A stretch of 37,241 nt of DNA from Octopus sinensis (GCF_006345805.1 NW_021835921.1:1-37241), one strand, 5' to 3'; positions 22,388 to 33,662 are shown, counted from the first letter of the stretch. The notes: a model not told the origin generated them from the letters alone. Translations and numbers: made by a program.

Positions 22388-25378
22388 CAGCAGACGAAAT
22401 ACCTATTTCTTTACTACCCACAAGGGGCTAAACACAGAGGGAACAAACAAGGACAGACAAAGGGATTAAGTCGATTATATCGACCCCAGTGCGTAACTGG
22501 TACTTATTTAATCGATGCCGAAAGGATGAAAGGCAAAGTCGATATCGGCGGAATTTGAACTCAGAACGTAACGGCAGACGAAATACCTATTTCTTTACTA
22601 CCCACAAGGGGCTAAACACAGAGGGAACGAACAAGGACAGACAAAGGGATTAAGTCGATTACATCGACCCCAGTGCGTAACTGGTACTTATTTAATCGAT
22701 GCCGAAAGGATGAAAGGCAAAGTCGACATCGGCGGAATTTGAACTCAGAACGTAACGGCAGACGAAATACCTATTTCTTTACTACCCACAAGGGGCTAAA
22801 CACAGAGGGGACAAACAAGGACAGACAAAGGGATTAAGTCGATTATATCGACCCCAGTGCGTAACTGGTACTTATTTAATCGATGCCGAAAGGATGAAAG
22901 GCAAAGTCGACATCGGCGGAATTTGAACTCAGAACGTAACGGCAGACGAAATACCTATTTCTTTACTACCCACAAGGGGCTAAACACAGAGGGGACAAAC
23001 AAGGACAGACAAACGGATTCAGTCGATTATATCGACCCAGTGCGTAACTGGTACTTATTTAATCGATGCCGAAAGGATGAAAGGCAAAGTCGACATCGGC
23101 GGAATTTGAACTCACAACGTAACAGCAGACGAAATACCTATTTCTTTAACATCCACAAGGGGCTAACCACAGAGGGGACAAACAAGGACAGACAAACGGA
23201 TTCAGTCGATTATATCGACCCCAGTGCGTAACTGGTACTTATTTAATCGATGCCGAAAGGATGAAAGGCAAAGTCGACATCGGCGGAATTTGAACTCAGA
23301 ACGTAACGGCAGACGAAATACCTATTTCTTTACTACCCACAAGGGGCTAAACACAGCGGGAACAAACAAGGACAGACAAAGGGATTAAGTCGATTATATC
23401 GACGCCAGTGCGTAACTGGTACTTATTTAATCGATGCCGAAAGGATGAAAGGCAAAGTCGACCTCAGCGGAATTTGAACTCAGAACCTAACGGCAGACGA
23501 AATACCTATTTCTTTACTACCCACAAGGGGCTAAACAGCGGGAACAAACAAGGACAGACAAAAGGATTAAGTCTATTACATCGACGCCAGTGTGTAACTG
23601 GTACTTATTTAATCGACCCCGAAAGGATGAAAGGCAAAGTCGACATCGGCGGAATTTGAATTCAGAACGTAACGGCAGACGAAATACTTATTTCTTTACT
23701 ACCCACAAGGGGCTAAACACAGAGGGGACAAACAAGGACAGACATAGGTATTAAGTCGATTACATCGACCCCAGTGCGTAACTGGTACTTATTTAATCGA
23801 CCCCGAAAGGATGAAAGGCAAAGTCGACATCGGCGGAATTTGAACCCAGAACCTAACGGCAGACGAAATACCTATTTCTTTACTACCCACAAGGGGCTAA
23901 ACACAGAGAGGACAGACAAGGACAGACACACGGATTAAATCGATTACATCGACCCCAGTGCGTAACTGGTACTTATTTAATTGACCCCGAAAGGATGAAA
24001 GGCAAAGTCGACCTCAGCGGAATTTGAACTCAGAACCTAACGGCAGACGAAATACCTATTTCTTTACTACCTACAAGGGGCTAAACAGCGGGAACAAACA
24101 AGGACAGACAAAGGGATTAAGTCGATTACATCGACCCTAGTGTGTAACTAGTACTTATTTAATCGAACCCGAAAGGATGAAAGGCAAAGTCGACCTCAAC
24201 GGAATTTGAACTCAGAACCTAACGGCAGACGAAATACCTATTTCTTTACTACCCACAAGGGGCTAAACACAGAGGGGACAAACAAGGACAGACAAAGGGA
24301 TTAAGTCGATTACATCGACGCCAGTGCGTAACTGGTACTTATTTAATCGACCTCGAAAGGATGAATGGCAAAGTCGACCTCGGCGGAATTCGAACTCAGA
24401 ACGTCGTGGCAGACGAAATACCTATTTCTTTACTACCCGCAAGGGGCTAATCACAGAGGGGACAAACAAGGACAGACATAGGTATTAAGTCGATTAGATC
24501 GACCCCAGTGCGAAACTGGTACTTATTTAATCGATGCCGAAAGGATGAAAGGCAAAGTCGACCTCGGCGGAATTCGAACTCAGAACGTAACAGCAGACGA
24601 AATACCTATTTCTTTACTACCCACAAGGGGCTAAACACAGAGGGAACAAACAAGGACAGACAAAGGGATTAAGTCGATTACATCGACCCCAGTGCGTAAC
24701 TGGTACTTATTTAATCGATGCCGAAAGGATGAAGGGCAAAGTCGACATCGGCGGAATTTGAACTCAGAACCTAACGGCAGACGAAATACCTATTTCTTTA
24801 CTACCCACAAGGGGCTAAACACAGAGGGGAAAAACAAGGACAGACATAGGGATTAAGTCGATTACATCGACCCCAGTGCGTAACTGGTACTTATTTAATC
24901 GATGCCGAAAGGATGAAAGGCAAAGTCGACATCGGCGGAATTTGAACTCAGAACCTAACGGCAGACGAAATACCTATTTCTTTACTACCCACAAGGGGCT
25001 AAACGCAGAGGCGACAAACAAGGACAGACAAACGATTCAGTCGATTAGATCGACCCCAGTGCGTAACTGGTACTTATTTAATCGATGCCGAAAGGATGAA
25101 AGGCAAAGTCGACATCGGCGGAATTTGAACTCAGAACCTAACGGCAGACGAAATACCTATTTCTTTACTACCCACAAGGGGCTAAACGCAGAGGGGACAA
25201 ACAAGGACAGACAAAGGTATTAAGTCGATTACATCGACGCCAGTGCGTAACTAGTACTTATTTAATCGACCCGGAAAGGATGAAAGGCAAAGTCGACATC
25301 GGCGGAATTTGAATAGCGGCAGACGAAATATCGCTAAGCATTTCGCCCGGCGTGCGAACCATTCTGCCAGCACGCCTC
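22388..25378 (-). repeat. SINE B-derived satellite: one head + 16 tandem ~184-bp body units
   Basis: Unit starts at 22403, 22587, 22771, 22955, 23138, 23322, 23506, 23688, 23872, 24056, 24238, 24422, 24606, 24790, 24974 and 25157; head at ~25325-25378. Confidence 0.96.
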
Positions 25379-25606
25379 CCGCTTTGTTCTTTACTTTACC
25401 TATCCTAGTTAAATATTTACTCTTTCCTTTCAATGACGACACCTAATCTGCTCCTTTTTTCTTTCCCATTTTCCTTTTCTTCATTCCTATTCACCTTATA
25501 CGATTCCCACGCCTGCATATTCCACGCCGCCTTATCTTCTTCTCACTTCCTGGTCTTTTCATTTCTTTAAACATTTGTGCACGACATTGTGATCTCATAC
25601 CACGAT

Positions 25607-25998
25607 AGGCGCAGGAGTGGCTGTGTGGTAAGTAGCTTGCTAACCAACCACATGGTTCCGGGTTCAGTCCCACTGCGTGGCATCTTGGGCAAGTGTCTTC
25701 TGCTATAGCCTCGGGCCGACCAATGCCTTGTGAGTGGATTTGGTAGACGGAAACTGAAAGAAGCCTGTCGTATATATGTATATATATGTATGTGTGTCTG
25801 TGTTTGTCCCCCTAGCATTGCTTGACAACCGATGCTGGTGTGTTTACGTTCCCGTCACTTAGCGGTTCGGCAAAAGAGACCGATAGAATAAGTACTGGGC
25901 TTACAAAGAATAAGTCCCGGGGTCGATTTGCTCGACTAAAGGCGGTGCTCCAGCATGGCCGCAGTCAAATGACTGAAACAAGTAAAAGAGAAAAAAGA
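25607..25998 (+). mobile_element. SINE A inserted in a diverged family D copy
   Basis: Left flank gtgcacgacattgtgatctcataccacgat and right flank aaacagcacacgatcttgcaggtgg are contiguous in D. Confidence 0.88.
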
Positions 25999-26151
25999 GA
26001 GATAAACAGCACACGATCTTGCAGGTGGGGCCCAGTTGAAATTTTCTTCACGTCAAGTAGCTCATCCTACTCAAAAGGTACCTGAATAAGGGTTGTTTAA
26101 GAATTTTGAACGAAGCACCCATGTTTTCAGAGTTGAATTATCCAAACCTCA

Positions 26152-26375
26152 GAGCTGGCAGAACCGTTAGCACGCCGGGCGAAATGTGTAGCCGTATTTC
26201 GTCTGCAGCTACGTTCTGAGTTCAAATTCCGCCGAGGTCGACTTTGCCTTTCATCCTTTCGGGGTCGATTAAATAAGTACCAGTTACGCACTGGGTCGGT
26301 GTAATTGACTTAATCCCTTTGTCTGTCCTTGTTTGTCCCCTCTATGTTTAGCCCCCTGTGGGCAATGAAGAAATA
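26152..26375 (+). mobile_element. SINE B monomer with 17-bp TSD
   Basis: TSD gaattatccaaacctca at 26135-26151 and 26376-26392. Confidence 0.94.
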
Positions 26376-26392
26376 GAATTATCCAAACCTCA

Positions 26393-28545
26393 ACCGAAAA
26401 GTTAGAGGTTCATATTGGTGTTATGCCTAGGGTGCCATATATTTGGTTTTGTACTTAGTGTTGTACTAGTGAATGTTTAAGAAACCATAAGAAAATTATG
26501 TTTGTTTTAAAACTTGAGATTACATAGAAAGTATTTTGCGTAGGATATGAGCAGTTCCCATGAGCACTATCTTTTGAATTTCTGCCATTTTGGGGTTTCC
26601 TGGTATCTGAGTTAGGTAGCAATCAGCCCCTTTTGCTATCGTTCGTAGGGAACCAATGACAACAGGTATTGTTTTAGTCTTCAGCTTCCACATTTTGCTG
26701 ATTTCTATTTCCAGATCTTTATATTTGCTCAGTTTTTGGTAGGTCTTGACTGATACGTTTATATCGATTGGGACAATCATATCGATGAGGAGACATGAGT
26801 TTTGTCTGAAGTCTTTCAATAGGATGTCTGGCCTATTTGCATCTATCTTTCTGTCAGTTTGAACGGTGAAGTTCCAGAGGAGTGAGATGTGGTCATTTTC
26901 AAGCACTGGAGGTGGTTTGTGTTCCCACCAGTTTTTATCATGGGTCAGATCCAGGTTTTTGCAAATTACCCAGTGAATATATTGTGCAGCTCTATCATGC
27001 CTGTTGAGGTACTCTGTAAGCGCTAGAAGACTGCACTTGGAGACAACATGATCAATGGTTTCATTTCGTTGTCGGTATACACGACATGTTGGGCTACTGC
27101 CGTTCTTTAATATGTTGGCCTGGTGGCTCCTTGCAGGTATGCATTGATCCTGGGCTGCTATGATAAACCCTTCTGTTTCAGATTTTAAGCCAGAGGCCAT
27201 TAGCCATTGATGGGTCAGTGCTTTGTCAATATCTGCATTATTCGCTCTTCTTTGGGTAGTTAAGTTAAGTTTAGTTAAGTTAATTTTTTGGCTCAAAAAG
27301 CAAAAAGCAAGGCCATGTAGGTGGACATGGAGTTATGTACAGGGAGGGTGTTCATGTAAAGAGTTCAGGCTATTTCTGGTCAAGAGAGACTTTGAACCGA
27401 GCGGTCGTCGGCATCTTCACTATCTCGTCCGGCAGCTTATTCCACGGATCCGCAACCCGGACGGAGAAAGCCCCTCTATAGAGAATAAAGGTCGAGCGTC
27501 TTACCACACAGCCACCCCTATGCCTATATTTATATTTAGAAGGTCATTTGTTATAGTCATTTACCATCAGTCTTGCATTTATAAAGCGCTTAGCTGTACA
27601 GGTTAGTTAAGTTAAGTTTAAGTTAATTTTTTGGCTCAAAAAGCAAAAATCAAGGCCATGTAGAGGGACATGGAGTTATGTACAGGGTGGTGTTCACGTA
27701 AAGAGTTCAGGTCACTTGAGGTCAAGAGAGACTTTGAACCGAGCGGTCGTCGGCATCTTCACTATCTCGTCCGGCAGCTTATCCCACAGATCCGCAACCC
27801 GGACGGAGAAAGCCCCTCTTTTTCGATTGAGATGAAATCGTCACAGATAGAGCTTTATATATATATATTCAATTCAATTCAATTTTATTGGCTCAAAAAG
27901 CAAAACCAAGGCCATGTAGAGGGACATGGAGTAATGTACGGGGTGGTGTTCATGTAAAGAGTTCCGGCTATTTCTGGTCAAGAGAGACTTTGAACCGAGC
28001 GGTCGTCGGCATCTTCACCATCTCGTCCGGCAGCTAATTCCACGGATCCGCAACCCGGACGGAGAAAGCCCCTCTCCTTCGATTGAGATGAAATCGTCAC
28101 AGATAGAGCTTTATATATATATATATTCAATTCAATTCAATTTTATTGGCTCAAAGACCAAAAGCAAGGCCATGTAGAGGGACATGGAGTTATGTACAGG
28201 GAGGGTGTTAAGCAAATAGTTCAGGCTATTTCTGGTCAAGAGAGACTTTGAACCGAGCGGTCATCGGCATCTTCAATATCTCGTCTGGCAGCTTATTCCA
28301 CGGATCCGCAACCCGGACGGAGAAAGCCCCTCTCCTTCGATTGAGATGAAATCGTTGCAGATAGAGCTTTTCGGAGTGAGGTTTTTCTTGCCATTTATCA
28401 GTAAGAATATCTAAGGCAGCAGTTTTAGCACTGGTTTTCATACGCTTAGCTTTTTCTGTACTTGTTTCTATTACGTCTAATTCTGGGATTTGCTGTATTC
28501 GGAATTCACTTTGATATTATTTTGCTTGTTTTGTAACTGAGTATG
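26393..28545 (-). mobile_element. R4/Dong-like non-LTR retrotransposon 3' remnant (end of RT, zinc knuckle, RLE endonuclease, 3' UTR), interrupted at 27259-28379
   Basis: LKSETEGFIIAAQDQ, degenerate knuckle CRVYRQRNETIDHVVSKC, RHD, and RPDIL...LIDM (PD-D/ExK-type RLE); the upstream piece at 28380-28545 reads ...KAKRMKTSAKTAALDILTDKWQEKP with one in-frame stop. Confidence 0.88.
27259..28379 (-). mobile_element. Four tandem 5'-truncated 3' ends of a CR1/L2-like LINE (family E)
   Basis: Peptide KLYLQRFHLNRRRGAFSVRVADPWNKLPDE...RFKVSLD resembles CR1/L2-group RT C-termini; ttggctc anchors at 27288, 27631, 27888 and 28146; pentanucleotide tails. Confidence 0.85.
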
Positions 28546-28690
28546 ATGTGTAGTGACGTCATTCTTCAGTGTGCGTGTGCGGGGCTGGAACCTTCTGGAA
28601 AGGCTTAAGGAAGTTCCCTCATGCACATGCGCTAAAAACTGGGGAAAAAATTCTATCGCGTTCCTTCTTAGCGTCGGTGACTTGAGACAC

Positions 28691-29665
28691 GGACGTGTTT
28701 AACGTGTTATCAGCCTGTTCTCCTCTCCCAGACGCTTGGGATTTGACCGGCTCTGTTGCTGGAGTTGTGAGGTTTATCTTTACAAATGCTTAACTTCAGT
28801 CTTGCTGTACCTACACCAAGTGGTTACCAATTTACTAACCTTCTTTATGTAAATAACGAAATAAAGTGTCATATTTTTTGAGGTTGCTTTCTTGTTCCTG
28901 ACGCCGGTAGTTTTTGGAAACAAAGAAGGAAATTGTGTTGCAACCAAACAGGGCAAAAGACCCAGCCTGTTCCAGACAGTTCCTTTACAAACACAATGTT
29001 CCAACCAGTCCCGGAATGGAAAAAAATTAAGAGGGCCTATTTTAGAAAGAAAGGATAATTTGAATTTTTATAGCATTCATAGTTTAGCTTTCTTTAAATA
29101 TTTTTTTACGTTCGTCTTCATTTTCTCACGTATCTGTCAGTGTTGGCTTTTCTCTCATTTTGCTATATCTTCTCACTGATTCTCTCAGATCCGTGCTCCA
29201 TATCTGCACATCCTTTTTGGGGCAGCTTGCAACTGTGTTTCTTGTGAATCCATACTTTACGCTAAACCAAACTTTATGAAGAAATATAAATTTTAAACAA
29301 GCAGACGATATATAATTGAACTTATATGCATGTTTTAAGACTTCTATGGCGTTCGTTGAAGAGAGAAGACGTGTTTAACTATTCTCCTGTCCCAGACGCT
29401 TGGGATTTGACCGGCTCTGTTGCTGCTGGAGTTTTTGTGAGGTTTATCTTTACAAATGATTAACTTCAGTCTTGCTGTACCTACACCAAATGGTTACCAA
29501 TATACAAACGTGCCTTCTTTATGTAAATAACGAAATAAAGTTTCATATTTTCTAAGGTTGCTTTCTTGTTCCTGACGCCGGTAGTTTTTGGAAACAAAGA
29601 AGGAAATTGTGTTGCACCCAAACAGGGCAAAAGACCCAACCTGTTCTAGACATACCTTTACAGAT
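28691..29665. repeat. ~300-bp direct repeat pair (28691-28990 / 29368-29665)
   Basis: Long near-identical runs such as cccagacgcttgggatttgaccggctctgttgctg; offset ~675 bp. Confidence 0.88.
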
Positions 29666-29707
29666 GCTTCCTTGTTTTCATGCTTTGAGACAAGTTTTAA
29701 CATCCAT

Positions 29708-30282
29708 GTGGAGGCGCAATGGCCCAGTGGTTAGGGCAGCGGACTCGCGGTCGTAGGATCGCGGTTTCGATTCCCAGACCGGGCGTTGTGAGTGTTTATT
29801 GAGCGAATACACCTAAAAAGGCTCCACGAGGCTCCGGCAGGGGATGGTGGTGATCCCTGCTGTACTCTTTCACCACAAACTTTCTCTCACTCTTACTTCC
29901 TGTTTCTGTTGTACCTGTACTTCAAAGGGCCGGCCTTGTCACTCTCTGTGTCACGCTGAATATCCCCGAGAACTACGTTAAGGGTACACGTGTCTGTGGA
30001 GTGCTCAGCCACTTACACGTTAATTTCACGAGCAAGCTGTTCCGTTGATTCGGATCAACCGGAACCCTCGTCGTCGTAACCGACAGAGTGCTTCCATCCA
30101 TTTCAAGGGGCCGGCCTTGTCACTCTCTGTGTCACGCTGAATATCCCCGAGAACAACGTTAAGGGTACACGTGTCTGTGGAGTGCTCAGCCACTTACACG
30201 TTAATTTCACGAGCAGGCTGTACCGTTGATTCGGATCAACCGGAACCCTCGTCGTCGCAACCGACGGAGTGCTTCCATTCCA
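29708..30282 (+). mobile_element. SINE C with a duplicated 3' part; 12-bp TSD
   Basis: TSD tttaacatccat at 29696-29707 and 30283-30294. Confidence 0.93.
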
Positions 30283-30292
30283 TTTAACATCC

Positions 30293-30859
30293 ATTATTAT
30301 TATTGAGTGAGAGAGCAGTGCATGCCATCAAAGTGACACTGGGGTAAAATATACGAAGCCCAGTATACCCATCATGACTACCCGTCTGATAAGGGTACAC
30401 CAGGCACATGCATCACAACCATATGTGCGCGACATGGTGATCTCATATCAAGATTAACACCGCATGACCTTGCAGGTGGGGCCCAGTTAGAATTTTCTTC
30501 TGGTCAAGTATCCCATCCCGCTCAAAAGGTCCCTGAATAAGGGTTGTTTAAGGATGTTGTACGAAACACCCATGTTTCCAGAGGTGAATTATTCAAACCC
30601 CAAAGAATCCCTCTCAACACATGGCTATGATGTTCCCCCACTACTTCTGCTCGTGATCACAGATGCACATATCGTCAGCCACTAAGGGACATGCTCAACT
30701 GGTTAAGGTCAAACAACTGACAAGCAAATCTGTGGTATTGAGCAGAATATTTGCTGTAAACCCATCTTTTATACCAAGACAAAACAATGTACATGATAAC
30801 ACTTCCAATCAGTTAAGATCAGAAGCCATGAGAACCACTGCCTGGTACTGCATCAGGGC

Positions 30860-30926
<67 letters not shown>

Positions 30927-30928
30927 TT
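30293..30928. mobile_element. Family D full copy embedded in (TTA)n
   Basis: Short (TTA)n at 30293-30304 and long (TTA)n at 30861-30928 on either side. Confidence 0.88.
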
Positions 30929-31202
30929 ATAGTAGGTACTATAAAAGGGGAAAAGGCACTCTCTACCCCCTCCCCCCCTTTTGACCAGGCTCCCGTTGGC
31001 TTTTATGGGTTTTTTTTCCACCAGGAACCTTTCGAAGCGCCTCCCCCTATTGGGAGTTTTTGGTTGTTATATTATTTGATTGTTACACTGTTTTTACACG
31101 ATTTTTTTCACAAACGGACAAAACCCTTCGTAACCTTTCGTCCTGTTTTGTCCCTTTATGTTTTCTAATCATGTGTGTGAGCCCTTGTGGCCAATAAAAA
31201 GA

Positions 31203-31812
31203 ATTACTCTTTTTCTCTTTTACTCTCTTTACTCTTTTACTTGTTTCAGTCATATGACTGCGGCCATGCTGGAGCACCGCCTTTTGTCGAGCAAATCGAC
31301 CCCGGGACTTATTCTTTGTAAGCCCAGTACTTATTCTATCGGTCTCTTTTGCCGAACCGCTAAGTAGCGGGGACATAAACACACCAGCATCGGTTGTCAA
31401 GCAATGCTAGGGGGACAAACACACACACACAAACACACACACATACACACACACACATATATATACGACAGGCTTCTTTCAGTTTCCGTCTACCAAATCC
31501 ACTCACAAGGCATTGGTCGGCCCAGGGCTGTAGCAGAAGACACTTGCCCAAGATGCCACGCAGTGGGACTGAACCCGGAACCATGTGGTTGGTAAGAAGC
31601 TACTTACCACACAGCCACTCCTGCACCGATATATATATATACATATATACGACAGGCTTCTTTCAGTTTCCGTCTACCAAATCCACTCACAAGGCATTGG
31701 TCGGCCCGGGGCTGTAGCAGAAGACACTTGCCCAAGATGCCACGCAGTGGGACTGAACCCGGAACCATGTGGTTGGTAAGCAAGCTACTTACCACACAGC
31801 CACTCCTGTGCC
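31203..31812 (-). mobile_element. SINE A with two head modules
   Basis: Heads at ~31465-31628 and 31648-31812; one 3' module. Confidence 0.92.
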
Positions 31813-31923
31813 TATTAATTATTATTATTATTATTATTTTATTTTATTTTACTTATCAGTGTCCACATTTTGCGACTCATTTAATGATCTACATAAAAGG
31901 CAGCAGCTGCAAGAAGACCCACG

Positions 31924-32010
31924 ATGAACAGGGGAGTCATCGAAGACGTCACGGAACGTGTGACAAAAGTACAGCGACAAACTATTAATAGTCACAAAAC
32001 TAAACGACAG
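31924..32010 (+). CDS. Candidate start-codon exon (MNRGVIEDVTERVTKVQRQTINSHKTKRQ), unknown product
   Basis: Acceptor ttttacttatcag|31860, ATG with -3 A and an upstream in-frame stop, phase-0 donor CAG|GTGAGA at 32010/32011. Confidence 0.3.
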
Positions 32011-32351
32011 GTGAGATAATGCGTGTTTAATTAACAAAACAAGGACGACCATCCCTGAATATAATATCTCTTTCAACACGATTTGACGCCAGGAATCTTA
32101 CAAATCAGCCACGTAAACGTCACGCACTGTATCTTCGGTATGAAAGCCATTGAAGTAAGATCTGGGTTCATCAATCAAAAAAGATAGGTCAGTCTATCAA
32201 ATGCATTGCTTATTCATCCGTGTCGTTTTGAGTTAATCATGGATTATCCCATAGCTCTGACATTTCAATGATGTGATTATTTTTAGGGTAGGTGTGAGAA
32301 ATTCGATCTCTCAAATTATTAATTCACCTTGTTTTGAATTAATCATGGATT

Positions 32352-32969
32352 TTTTAAAAAACCGTTGACTCGTCGTAGACATTTTTAGAGAGTTACTTCC
32401 CTTATATAATAGCAAAAAAATGCATTAAAAATGGAAAAAAAAATGATGGTAAATTTTTTTTTAAATCGTTGACTCATCGTAGACTTTTTAGAGAGTTACT
32501 TCCCTTATATAATAGCAAAAAAATGCATTAAAAATGGGAAAAAATGATGGTAAATTTTTTTTTAAATCGTAGACTCATCGTAGACATTTTTAGAAAGTTA
32601 CTTCCCTTATATAATAGCGAAAAAATGCATTAAAATGGAAAAAAATGATGGTAAATTTTTTAAAAAATCGTTGACCCATCGTAGACATTTTTAGAGAGTT
32701 ACTTCCCTTATATAATAGCGAAAAATGTATTAAAATGGAAAAAAATGATGGTAATTTTTTTTAAATTCGTAGACGCGCGCTAATACCCAGAAGGGCTCGA
32801 TATGAATCACGACTATAAGATACCCGGTTTTGGTTAAACTGCACCGCAAAATGTGGGAGTAGTTAGGAATCTAAATCGTAGAAGACAGACACACAACTTG
32901 ACTTTTATATATAAAGACTAGCAGTATCGCCCGGCGTTGCTCGGGTTTGTAAGGGAAATAACTATATAA
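32352..32969 (-). mobile_element. Non-autonomous Helitron fragment spanning a 3'-end/5'-end junction, with four ~102-bp internal repeats
   Basis: Minus strand: hairpin cccgagcaacgccggg, 8 nt, then CTAG (32918-32921) immediately followed by TC (32917-32916); internal repeats at ~32381, 32485, 32586 and 32687. Confidence 0.78.
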
Positions 32970-33159
32970 CTCCCATAGCTTTGACATTTCAATGATGTGA
33001 TTATTTTTAGGGTAGGTGTGAGAAATTTGATCGGTTTGTTTTAACGTAAAGCGGGTGGAATATTTTGACCGGATGTGGTCAGTTTAATCCTTTAGCATTC
33101 GGATTCCTCTCTCAAATTATTAATTCACCTTGTTATGGATTAATCATGGATTATCACGG

Positions 33160-33254
33160 ATGGAGATGATGATGGAGATGATGATGATGATGATAACAAT
33201 GATGATGATGATGGTGAAGATGATGATGATGATGATGATGATGACGACTATGAC

Positions 33255-33292
<38 letters not shown>

Positions 33293-33550
33293 CGATGATG
33301 GTGACAATGATGACGATGATGACGACGATGACGATGATGACGGCAACCACGACGCTGATGATGATGAAGATGACGACGACGACGACAGTGATGACAATCA
33401 TGATAATGAAGATGACGACGACGACGATGATGATGATGATGATGATGATGACAATGATGATGATGACGACGACGACGACAGTGATGACAATGATGATGAT
33501 GATGGTGATGATGATGATGATGATGATGATGACGACGATGACGACGACAG

Positions 33551-33607
<57 letters not shown>

Positions 33608-33621
33608 CGACGACGATGACG

Positions 33622-33653
<32 letters not shown>

Positions 33654-33662
33654 GGTGATGAC

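Noticed and set aside
20947-25378. CRISPR-like appearance of the regular arrays
   Set aside because: Units are 137 and 184 bp, contiguous, with no unique spacers, SINE-derived, in a eukaryotic context and with no cas genes.
27258-27296. N-terminus MSQKINLTKLNLT of the 258-aa ORF
   Set aside because: It derives from the tail of the inserted LINE-E copy, not from the R4/Dong protein.
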